From assembly GCF_000025505.1 (NCBI RefSeq), contig NC_013849.1, positions 210,001 to 242,000 on the forward strand: a stretch of DNA of 32,000 bases, written 5' to 3'. Both the position numbers and the translations under genes were made by a program. The DNA is from Ferroglobus placidus DSM 10642. GTDB taxonomy: Archaea; Halobacteriota; Archaeoglobi; Archaeoglobales; Archaeoglobaceae. Positions 9,571-16,926 of this stretch are shown in pieces (position 1 is the first letter of the stretch; each line of letters opens with the position of its first letter). The notes below the pieces were generated by a model, which did not search any database, was not told the origin of the DNA, and saw only the letters and a program-made list of their open reading frames with translations.

Positions 9571-11097
9571 ATGCTAAAACTGAAGCTCCGAAAAAAGGAA
9601 AAAGACGAAAAAGAAGTTCCTCAAGAAGTTGACGAAGTTCCTATAGACGTTAACTTTCCCGAAGGTTACGAGGTTGCAGAGGACTACTGGATAGAGGAGC
9701 CATACTCCAAAATCTTCATCTTATTCGATCCGAAGGAGGAGGAGTATTTATACTACGTCTCAACACCCGTTCTGAACGAATACGAGAAGTCGATATACTA
9801 CGTCGTCGAAGATCTAATTCCAGAATTCGTTTCCTCCGACACCGAAGATAAGGTTGGGTATTTGAGAAGCGTTTTCGAGGAAATTGTGAAAGACATAGGA
9901 TTCAAACTTTCGGAAATCTCAAAGGAGAAGATATTTTACTACTTAAAATGTGACTTCATAGAGTTCGGACCGATCACTCCTCTTATGAAGGATCGTCTGC
10001 TTGAGGATATAAGCTGTAACGGGTACGGCAAGCCTATTTATGTTTATCACCGCAACTATCAGAACTTGCGGACGAACGTTGTTTTTTCCGAGGACGAGCT
10101 CGACAGCTTCATAATCAAGCTTGCCCAGCAGTGCGGGAAGCACATAAGCATAGCTGAGCCTATGCTCGATGCTACTCTGCCAGACGGAAGCAGAATTCAG
10201 ATGACTCTGGGGAGAGAAGTAACTGACCACGGCTCGACGTTCACGATAAGAAAATTCAGAGACGTTCCTCTTACTCCTATAGACCTAATAGCTTGGAGAA
10301 CCTTCAGCTTGGAGGAAATGGCTTACCTCTGGCTGTGCATAGAAAACAAAAAGAACTTGATATTCGCCGGAGGAACTGCAAGCGGTAAAACGACGAGCAT
10401 GAACGCAATAAGCCTATTCATTCCGAAGAACGCTAAGATCGTGAGCATAGAAGATACGAGAGAAGTAATGCTCCCCCACGAAAACTGGATTCCGGCTGTG
10501 ACGAGAGAAGGTGTTGGAGGGAAAGAGATAGACATGTACGAGCTGCTCAGAGCAGCTCTGAGACAGAGACCTGAGTACATAATAGTCGGAGAAGTTAGAG
10601 GTAAGGAAGCTCTAACTCTGTTCCAGGCTATGTCAACCGGACACACAACCTATTCCACTTTGCATGCGGACAGCGTGAACGGAGTAATTCATCGATTGGA
10701 GAATCCGCCGATAAACGTGCCGAGGAGCATGATAGAAGCTCTCGACATAATAAGCATACAAGCTCAGGTTTACCTCGGAAATAAAAGAGTGAGAAGAAAT
10801 TTGGAAATAGCAGAAATAGTGGGAATGGACCCCCACACAAAGATAATAAAGACTACAACAGTCTTCGCTTGGGACAGCGAAAAAGACGAACACCTAATGA
10901 TCGGCTCCTCAAAAGTTCTCGAAGAAATAAGAAAAATGAGAGCTTGGAGCAGAAGAGAACTGGAAGAAGAACTCGAAACAAGAAAAAAAGTCCTGAAGTG
11001 GATGCTCGATAACAACATCAGAGACTACAAAGAAGTAGCTAAAATAATTCACTCGTATCAGAGCGATAAGGATAGCGTTTTGAGGATGATCTCATGA
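9571..11097 (+). CDS. FlaI/PilB-like type IV filament (archaeal T4P/archaellum family) assembly ATPase
   Basis: It has Walker A (GGTASGKTT), Walker B/Asp box (EYIIVGEVRG) and a His box (TGHTTYSTLHA). The 508-aa length fits the family. Confidence 0.85.
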   Translation: MLKLKLRKKEKDEKEVPQEVDEVPIDVNFPEGYEVAEDYWIEEPYSKIFILFDPKEEEYLYYVSTPVLNEYEKSIYYVVEDLIPEFVSSDTEDKVGYLRSVFEEIVKDIGFKLSEISKEKIFYYLKCDFIEFGPITPLMKDRLLEDISCNGYGKPIYVYHRNYQNLRTNVVFSEDELDSFIIKLAQQCGKHISIAEPMLDATLPDGSRIQMTLGREVTDHGSTFTIRKFRDVPLTPIDLIAWRTFSLEEMAYLWLCIENKKNLIFAGGTASGKTTSMNAISLFIPKNAKIVSIEDTREVMLPHENWIPAVTREGVGGKEIDMYELLRAALRQRPEYIIVGEVRGKEALTLFQAMSTGHTTYSTLHADSVNGVIHRLENPPINVPRSMIEALDIISIQAQVYLGNKRVRRNLEIAEIVGMDPHTKIIKTTTVFAWDSEKDEHLMIGSSKVLEEIRKMRAWSRRELEEELETRKKVLKWMLDNNIRDYKEVAKIIHSYQSDKDSVLRMIS

Positions 11098-12995
11098 TAA
11101 AGAACGAAAACGAGTTCACGAGACTCGCTTACAGAATTTTCGGAGAAAGAGCGAAGAGGAATCTTACAAAGTACTACGAACTCGGAAGAGATCTGCAGAG
11201 AGCTATGATAAACGTTCCTCCGGAAGTTTACGTAGCTACTCAGATGCTCATTTCGGTTATTCTCGCTATAGTCGGGCTAATAATCGGGATAATAGCGGCG
11301 ATAATAGTTATAAACTTTGTCGAGATACCGAAATTCCAAATTTCATTCCCGGAGCCCATTCTCAGTTACTGGCTGAAGTACAGAAAATTTTTCTGGGCGA
11401 GTGTTCTCGCAGCTTTAATTACTCTCGCGATGTATTTCCTCGGAAAGTTCCTCTTCAAAATTTACCCCGGCTTCATCATTAGCGATAGAAAGAGCAAGAT
11501 AAACCGCCTTTTGCCCCACGCCGTTATGTTCATGTACTCCCTCTCAAGAGGCGGAATGGGCATAATCGACATATTCAAATCGATAGCCGCCTACGAAGAC
11601 GTGTACAGCGAAGTATCCAAGGAGTTTGCGAAAATCGTAAGAGATATAGAAATTCTGTCCAAAGATCTCAGAACGGCTTTAACCGAAGCTATAGAAAACA
11701 CCCCCTCAGAAAACCTCAAAGACTTGCTTCACGGGCTCATAACAGTCATTGACAGCGGTGGAGACGTAACGAGTTATTTGGAGGAGAGAGCCGAGTTCTA
11801 TCTTGAGAGAGCGAGACAAGAGCAGAAAAGCTTTCTCGACTTCCTTAGCCTGATGGCAGAAAGCTACATAACCGCATTCGTGGCTGGACCTCTTTTCTTA
11901 ATTATAATCCAGACGGTAATGGCTGTGATGGGGCAGGGAGATGAATTAATGCTCTACAGCATAATCTACCTAATAATTCCGATCGGTTCGTTCATGTTTG
12001 CGATGGTAATAAAGCTCATAAGTCCGATGGAGAGCGGCGCCCCACCGCTTATAAAGGAGAGACACAGAGTGAACAGGAACATTCTGCCGGAGATAGAGAA
12101 GAAAGTTAACTCGTGGAAGTTCAGGAGGGAGTACTTAAATCCGATAAGGCTTCTTAAGAAGTATCCAGAAGCGATACTCCTTTTCAGCGTTCCGGCGGGG
12201 ATGATTTTCGTTGTTCTCGGATTCCTGAACAATCCCTTTTATCCGAGCATCGACTGGTTCTTCAAGTTCGACGACTACCTTTTTGTCGCTTTAATAATAA
12301 TGCTCTCCCCCTACGCCGTATTCTACGAGATAAAAAAGAGGCAGCTGAACACGGCATTAAAGCTCACTCCAGTTTTCTTGAACAAGCTCGCATCAGCTAA
12401 CGAGAGTGGAATGCCCATTCACAAGGCTATAGCTATGATCGCAAAGACGGAAACGAGCGCTTTGAAGAAAGAAATAGAGAAAATCAAGCTCGACCTCGAC
12501 TGGAAGATAAGCTTGGAGGACGCTTTAATTAGGTTCGCTAACAGAATAAGAGTTTTCGAATTGACGAGGACTATAACCCTTCTCGTAGAAGCTTTAAGAT
12601 CAACCGGTAACGTAACGGAAGTTTTGAGAATCTCAGCGAAGGATGCGAGTAACGCGGAGCTGCTGAGAAGGGAAAGACTCGGAAACATGTTCATGTACGT
12701 CATAATCATTTACATATCCTTCTTCGTGTTCATAGGCATAGTTTACATAATCTCCACGACTTTCCTTTCAGTTCTTGCGGAAAGCACCGCTAAAATGCCC
12801 CAAGGTGGTTTCATGGGTTTGGCTTCGATAAGCGAGGAGTTTTACAGAAACGTGTTCATGCATGCGGCAGTTTTCCAAGGAATTTTTGCCGGACTCGTTG
12901 CCGGAGTTATGGGAGAGGGAAGCTTCTCCTCGGGAATAAAGCACTCGGTGGTTATGCTAACCTTCGGCTACGTCCTTTTCACCCTCTTTATCTAA
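11094..12995 (+). CDS. FlaJ/TadC/PilC-like polytopic membrane platform protein
   Basis: The 633-aa product has two T2SSF-like cytoplasmic repeats separated by TM segments. Its ATG overlaps the ATPase stop (ATGA at 11094-11097). Confidence 0.75.
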   Translation: MIKNENEFTRLAYRIFGERAKRNLTKYYELGRDLQRAMINVPPEVYVATQMLISVILAIVGLIIGIIAAIIVINFVEIPKFQISFPEPILSYWLKYRKFFWASVLAALITLAMYFLGKFLFKIYPGFIISDRKSKINRLLPHAVMFMYSLSRGGMGIIDIFKSIAAYEDVYSEVSKEFAKIVRDIEILSKDLRTALTEAIENTPSENLKDLLHGLITVIDSGGDVTSYLEERAEFYLERARQEQKSFLDFLSLMAESYITAFVAGPLFLIIIQTVMAVMGQGDELMLYSIIYLIIPIGSFMFAMVIKLISPMESGAPPLIKERHRVNRNILPEIEKKVNSWKFRREYLNPIRLLKKYPEAILLFSVPAGMIFVVLGFLNNPFYPSIDWFFKFDDYLFVALIIMLSPYAVFYEIKKRQLNTALKLTPVFLNKLASANESGMPIHKAIAMIAKTETSALKKEIEKIKLDLDWKISLEDALIRFANRIRVFELTRTITLLVEALRSTGNVTEVLRISAKDASNAELLRRERLGNMFMYVIIIYISFFVFIGIVYIISTTFLSVLAESTAKMPQGGFMGLASISEEFYRNVFMHAAVFQGIFAGLVAGVMGEGSFSSGIKHSVVMLTFGYVLFTLFI

Positions 12996-13775
12996 AGTCG
13001 AGACGAAGGATGCGAGGAGGATGATCGCAGCTCCGACCAACTGTCTAGAATTCAGAACTTCCCCAAAAATCGAGTAACCTATGAAAGACGCGACAACTGG
13101 CTCTATCAGAGCTATAACTGCACCCCTCTCTTCTTTGACGAACCTCATTCCGTAGCTCAGCAAAACGAAAGGAATTGCGGTGGGAATTAAGCCGAGAAAT
13201 ACGTAAATAAGTTTGAAGCCGTGAACGTTAAGGGAAAATGGAGAAAGCAAAACCGCTCCAACAAGAAGGTTCGAGAACGTTATCTGCAAAGAAGAGTAAT
13301 CTTTCCTAAGTTTTCTGAGATAAGCAAAGAGAAGAGCGTAGAACAAACCGGAAAGGAATCCGAAAATTACGCCGACGTTAGCTTCTCCGAAAGGGTAGAG
13401 CATTAGAAAAAGCCCGGATACCCCTAAAAAAGTAACGGAGAGAGAAATCAAAGAAATCTCTCCTCTCAAAAGTTTGTAAGCCGAAATGTAAACGGGAGCC
13501 ATGTAAAGGAGCAAAGCCGCAAAGGCTGCGTAGAGCATGGAAATTGCTGAGATGTAGAAAGCGACGACTCCGGTGTTAATCACTCCAAGCAAAAAAAGCC
13601 TCTTCGAGATTTTCGGCTTTTCTCTGAGAATAAGCATGAAAAAAGAGACGAAGATCAACCCGAAGAAAACTCTGAGAAATGTTATGGAAAAGGGGTGCAA
13701 CTCGATATTTTTCACGAAGTAAGGAAGCGTTCCCATCAGAATTGCAGAGATAAGCACGGCCAAACCGCCTTTCAC
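12957..13775 (-). CDS. EamA/DMT-superfamily transporter
   Basis: 272 aa with a GTG start, about 10 TM segments and the duplicated-half topology typical of EamA. The call rests on hydrophobicity pattern and length only. Confidence 0.7.
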   Translation of the reverse strand: MKGGLAVLISAILMGTLPYFVKNIELHPFSITFLRVFFGLIFVSFFMLILREKPKISKRLFLLGVINTGVVAFYISAISMLYAAFAALLLYMAPVYISAYKLLRGEISLISLSVTFLGVSGLFLMLYPFGEANVGVIFGFLSGLFYALLFAYLRKLRKDYSSLQITFSNLLVGAVLLSPFSLNVHGFKLIYVFLGLIPTAIPFVLLSYGMRFVKEERGAVIALIEPVVASFIGYSIFGEVLNSRQLVGAAIILLASFVSTLDKEGEKDVAEG

Positions 13776-13809
13776 GAAGCGTTGTAAGAAGGAAGGTATT
13801 AAAATGTTT

Positions 13810-14120
13810 GGTGGGCGCGCCTCCGGTCGACCCTTCCGGGCGGAGCTATCCGCTCCTCGGACTCTCCTCTCCGCACCCCCGAAAGCGCCGAACGTCCGGG
13901 GTTAGCCTGCTCCCTTCCGGGCCTGGGCCGGTCCCCCCGGCAAACACGGCGGACATCCCCTCCGGGAAGCCCAGCCGTGACCGCCGGCCCTTCGGGACGG
14001 AGATTCTGCAAGCCCGAGGAGCTCTTCACCCCGCCCTTCCGGGCCTTCCTTCGGCTTCGGCCCCCGCATGACGACGGTTTCGGGTTACAGGGGACGCCGA
14101 ACCCCCCGGCCTAGCCCACC
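13810..14120 (-). ncRNA. ffs: signal recognition particle 7S RNA (archaeal type)
   Basis: This is a ~311-nt GC-rich island in AT-rich surroundings. The minus strand reads 5'-GGUGGGCUAGGCCGGGGGGUUCGGCGUCCCCUGUAACCCGAAACC...CCAGGCCCGGAAGGGAGCAGGCUAACC...GCGCGCCCACC-3'. The 5' GGUGGGC pairs perfectly with the 3' GCCCACC. The 5'-domain loops and the helix-8-like GGAAGGGAGCA motif match archaeal SRP RNA. Ends are accurate to about +/-5 nt. Confidence 0.85.
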
Positions 14121-14141
14121 ATAATATAGTGCGCGACAAAG

Positions 14142-14149
14142 TATATTAA
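14142..14149 (-). promoter_or_regulatory. TATA box for the SRP RNA gene
   Basis: The minus strand reads TTAATATA, centred about 26 nt upstream of the inferred RNA 5' end at 14120. Confidence 0.5.
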
Positions 14150-14159
14150 TGTTTGCTCT

Positions 14160-14453
14160 CTAAAATTTCGTCTTCTTTTTCACTATTTCCGCCAAAACTC
14201 TGCCCTCGTCGGTCAAACTTATTTTATCTCCAACTGTAATGCACGAAGCTTTTTCGAGGGTGTCGAGATGAAATTTGAGAAGCTTTTCGTCAATCTTAAG
14301 CTCCTTTTTCAATTCCTCTAAACTCTTTTCACTTTCATTAAGCAGAGCGAGAATTCTCCTCCTTATCGAATTCGATATAGCCATCTTAAACCTCTTCCTG
14401 TACTCCTCAGCTTCTTCAGTCGATTTTGCCGAAATCCATTCCTCGAACTTCAC
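14160..14453 (-). CDS. ArsR-family winged-helix transcriptional regulator (small)
   Basis: The segment SIRRRILALLNESEKSLEELKKELKIDEKLLKFHLDTLEKA fits the ArsR HTH pattern. The track start is GTG 14453. ATG 14384 is an alternative, because a TATA-like element sits at ~14458-14468. Confidence 0.6.
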   Translation of the reverse strand: MKFEEWISAKSTEEAEEYRKRFKMAISNSIRRRILALLNESEKSLEELKKELKIDEKLLKFHLDTLEKASCITVGDKISLTDEGRVLAEIVKKKTKF

Positions 14454-14490
14454 ATAGAAATTTTAGAAAAGCGGTACCAAAACGTTATCC

Positions 14491-15207
14491 CTAAAATTTT
14501 CGTCTTCTTTTCGAAAAAATTTTAACGACCGCAAAAAGAGGTGAAAGAAACACTATAATGGCTGCAAACATTTTCACGGCTGTGTATAGAAATTCAACGA
14601 TTTTTCCCCTCAAGACGTAGTCCGCCAGCATGAAAGCAAAAGTAACGTAAGAGAGAATTATTAAAATTACGTACGTAGCCAAATTCGCTTTTTTGTCGCT
14701 TGCAAATTCCTCTCTGCTCAACGAAGAGGAATAAGCAATTAGTTCCGGGATATCTCTCCAGCTGTAATTGTTTTTTCTTAGGAGAACGGTGATGAAAAAT
14801 GCCACAATCGTAAGCAAAACGAGTTCCGCCATTAAAAGCTCCGGAAACTTATTTTCAATTGAGTATTCGCTCGATCTCCTGAACAAAATAACAGACCACA
14901 CGCCGACTACCAGTACAAGAAAAAGTAAAGTGTAAACGATTCCAAAATACTTTCTCGCCTCGGAACCCCTCAAATCCTTCCAGCTGTAACCGTAACGGTA
15001 GGCTAAAATTAACGCAAATATCCAAGGGAAGAAAACATAAGTAGCCGTTATCAGAATGAATTTCCCGACAGCCAGAAAAACTTCTAAATCGAACTTATCT
15101 TTAGGAGAATCGGGTCTGCTAACTTCAAGAACGTAGTTAAAGACGAAAGGGTACGTAAGAGAAAAGATTAACGAAACAACGAGAACTTTTCTGAATAGTC
15201 GCTCCAT
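14491..15207 (-). CDS. hypothetical multi-pass membrane protein
   Basis: The ORF has several hydrophobic helices. The track's N-terminal extension to 15282 reads into the orphan tRNA fragment and is discarded, so the start is set at ATG 15207 (MERLFRKVLVV...). Confidence 0.5.
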   Translation of the reverse strand: MERLFRKVLVVSLIFSLTYPFVFNYVLEVSRPDSPKDKFDLEVFLAVGKFILITATYVFFPWIFALILAYRYGYSWKDLRGSEARKYFGIVYTLLFLVLVVGVWSVILFRRSSEYSIENKFPELLMAELVLLTIVAFFITVLLRKNNYSWRDIPELIAYSSSLSREEFASDKKANLATYVILIILSYVTFAFMLADYVLRGKIVEFLYTAVKMFAAIIVFLSPLFAVVKIFSKRRRKF

Positions 15208-15279
15208 ACTTCTACTTCGAATTTTTACTCTTAAATTTTTTCGAAAGAATTTGTGACGAGAGAATTTCGACGAACGAGC

Positions 15280-15336
15280 CATGCGGGGGGAGGGATTTGA
15301 ACCCTCGAACCCCTACGGGACGGGACCCTGAATCCC
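15280..15336 (-). repeat. attL: orphan copy of the 3' portion of tRNA-Leu (57-bp direct repeat)
   Basis: The sequence catgcggggggagggatttgaaccctcgaacccctacgggacgggaccctgaatccc is identical to 17906-17962. Confidence 0.9.
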
Positions 15337-15467
15337 TCAGAGTTTAATTTTTCTTCATTCTGAATGCTTTTTATGGCTTCTTCTAAGAGTTGGGAGAGCT
15401 TTATCTTATTCTGTTTCGCCCACTCCAGTAATTCAGCGTCGATATACGCACTCGTTCTTTTCTTCAT
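15283..15467 (-). pseudogene. Int(N): N-terminal fragment of the partitioned SSV-type integrase (RHH-like 44 aa plus att-encoded peptide)
   Basis: The fragment reads MKKRTSAYIDAELLEWAKQNKIKLSQLLEEAIKSIQNEEKLNSE, then the att-encoded GFRVPSRRGSRVQIPPPA. ATG 15467 has GGAGTGAT upstream and a TTTATATA box at ~15488-15495. The ORF then reads out into flanking DNA. Confidence 0.7.
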
Positions 15468-15662
15468 TTTATCACTCCAATTAAATTTATATAAAGTTAT
15501 GAAGTTAAGCGGTAATCCCAATTAACCTTAAAATTGTCGTCGACAATGATAAGCAGAGCGATTCTAATCTAAATAGCAAACTACTTTAAGAAAGTCAATC
15601 TCACCGATCGCTGGTAAAAAAATCAAATAAAAATTAAAAGCAAAAAATTAACGGCTTAGAAC

Positions 15663-15938
15663 TCACTCCCAACGCTCAAGAACACTCCGAAGAGTTTCTA
15701 TATCATTTCTGGCAATCAAATCGAGAATTATCGAGGTTTTTCGAATGTAATAGCTAATTTCTGCCAAGATGCAAAGCTGTAAATTCTCCCTGCAGTTCGG
15801 AGCTTCATACTGGCATGACTTGCAGACTCCGTTCAAGAAAGAATTGATTCCTCTTGGTTTTCTCTCCGATGTTTCTTGCTTCATTTCAAACTCCCCAAGT
15901 TCTAACATGTAACACAAATCGCTTCCAGAAAAACTCAT
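15663..15938 (-). CDS. hypothetical Cys-rich protein (91 aa)
   Basis: Start ATG 15938 overlaps the upstream gene's stop as ATGA (15935-15938). It contains CKSCQYEAPNCRENLQLC. No family was recognised. Confidence 0.4.
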   Translation of the reverse strand: MSFSGSDLCYMLELGEFEMKQETSERKPRGINSFLNGVCKSCQYEAPNCRENLQLCILAEISYYIRKTSIILDLIARNDIETLRSVLERWE

Positions 15939-16408
15939 TTGATTGTTTTCAACATTCTTTTGATTCTTCCTCTCCATCTTTCGACGATCCCTCTAACATC
16001 GTGCTTAACCGGCATTTTACTCGTCCCATATATCAGGTATTTGGCATACTCCACATTGTTGCTGATTGCATACTTCAGTTTTCCAAGCTTCGTTGAAACC
16101 CACGCAGCTCTGTATCTTCCAGTTCTCACCGGAGCGGTAGCTTTTATCTCTCCTTCGAGTTCGAAAACAGCCATCTGTAGCTTCTTATCGACCTTATCTG
16201 GGAGTGACTTTTTGAGATCCTCCAGATTTTTGATTGTTCTATCAAGCCCTTCGATTCTGATAGAAATTCCCAGAGATGTTCTCGATCCAGCTACTGGAAC
16301 CGATCCAGATGTACCAACTCGTGTAGAAGTCCTCCCTCTCGCTTTAAGTCTTCTCGCTGTACTCAACCCGATGCGTCTCCCCACCCTTCGTACCCACATC
16401 GAACACAT
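15935..16408 (-). CDS. HK97-gp10-like head-tail (tail completion) protein homologue
   Basis: The segment IEGLDRTIKNLEDLKKSLPDKVDKKLQMAVFELEGEIKATAPVRTGRYRAAWVS...NNVEYAKYLIYGTSKMP matches the HK97-gp10_like pattern recalled from memory (EGLdel...L, aPvdTGxLrxS, veYAxyvEfGTskm). The N-terminal ~50 aa are Arg/Ser/Thr-rich. Confidence 0.6.
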   Translation of the reverse strand: MCSMWVRRVGRRIGLSTARRLKARGRTSTRVGTSGSVPVAGSRTSLGISIRIEGLDRTIKNLEDLKKSLPDKVDKKLQMAVFELEGEIKATAPVRTGRYRAAWVSTKLGKLKYAISNNVEYAKYLIYGTSKMPVKHDVRGIVERWRGRIKRMLKTIK

Positions 16409-16507
16409 TTCGCAGGCATTTTCAACACCTCTTTAATCTCTTTATTTTCTTTACATTCTTTACTATGAAACGTAAAGTATTTAAAATTTTCGTTACTTAC
16501 TTTACTT

Positions 16508-16663
16508 ATGGAAAGCGATGAAAGAATCCTTGATGTTGCCACGCTGAGTTCAAAATACCAGATAACTATAACAAAAGCGATTCGAGAGAAGCTTGGACTT
16601 ACGGCAGGGGATAGAGTCGTGTTTGTTGAGAAAGATGGCGAAATCATCCTGAGAAAAGCATGA
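16508..16663 (+). CDS. AbrB/SpoVT/MazE-type antitoxin-like DNA-binding protein (51 aa)
   Basis: This gene is not in the ORF track because it is under 60 aa. Manual translation gives MESDERILDVATLSSKYQITITKAIREKLGLTAGDRVVFVEKDGEIILRKA, which fits the swapped-hairpin AbrB pattern (SKYQITIPKxIRExLGLxxGD). Its stop overlaps the next gene's ATG (ATGA at 16660-16663). Confidence 0.7.
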   Translation: MESDERILDVATLSSKYQITITKAIREKLGLTAGDRVVFVEKDGEIILRKA

Positions 16664-16926
16664 AGTTCACAAATCACATAAGAGAACGAATGCTGGAATA
16701 CAATATCTCAGAGCAGGAGGTCTTAGAAGCCATCAAAGAGCCTGACAGCCTCTACCTTGATGTCCTGACTGGCCGCTTTGTGGCGGTTAAGAAAACTGGA
16801 AGCAAAGCCATTGTTGCGGTGTTTGAAAAGAACGATGAAACCACATTGATCACCGTATTCCCGACCAGCAAGATTAATAAGGTGGTTGAGAGTAGAATTA
16901 GGAGTGGAAGGTGGATCGAGATATGA
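16660..16926 (+). CDS. DUF4258-family protein (putative toxin, BECR/RNase-like)
   Basis: The sequence FTNHIRERMLEYNISEQEVLEAI...AIVAVFEKNDETTLITVFP fits the DUF4258 pattern (ftxHaxeRmxeRgIsxeev). Confidence 0.6.
   Translation: MKFTNHIRERMLEYNISEQEVLEAIKEPDSLYLDVLTGRFVAVKKTGSKAIVAVFEKNDETTLITVFPTSKINKVVESRIRSGRWIEI

Noticed and set aside
9571-12995. Calling the ATPase/platform pair the archaellum (fla/arl) operon.
   Set aside because: No archaellin, FlaF/G/H, FlaC/D/E or prepilin peptidase genes are adjacent. Only a generic type IV filament ATPase/platform call is supported.
13799-14071. Two GC-rich ORFs from the track (76 aa on the minus strand, 87 aa on the plus strand) with Pro/Arg/Gly-rich products.
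   Set aside because: They lie entirely inside the SRP 7S RNA gene. The open frames are a by-product of high GC (few stop codons), and the products are low-complexity.
13810-14120. The GC-rich island could be RNase P RNA instead of SRP RNA.
   Set aside because: It lacks the RNase P universal GAGGAAAGUCC-type P4 region. Its paired 5'/3' ends, 5'-domain loops and GGAAGGGAGCA helix-8-like motif fit archaeal SRP RNA, and the ~311-nt length also fits.
14491-15521. The N-terminal extension of the membrane-protein ORF (to 15282) and the C-terminal tail of ORF 15231-15521 (…WLVRRNSLVTNSFEKI).
   Set aside because: Both read through or out of the orphan tRNA fragment (attL). They are read-through artefacts of the integration junction, not native coding sequence.
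15939-16436. A 165-aa plus-strand ORF opposite the gp10-like gene.
   Set aside because: It is a shadow ORF. The minus-strand frame carries the recognisable HK97-gp10-like motifs, while the plus-strand product is Leu/Ser/Pro-rich and featureless.
16363-16677. A 104-aa minus-strand ORF spanning the island's divergent promoter and lying antisense to the AbrB-like gene.
   Set aside because: It overlaps the 5' end of the gp10-like gene and is antisense to a well-formed, translationally coupled AbrB-like ORF. It has no recognisable motifs and a low-complexity sequence.
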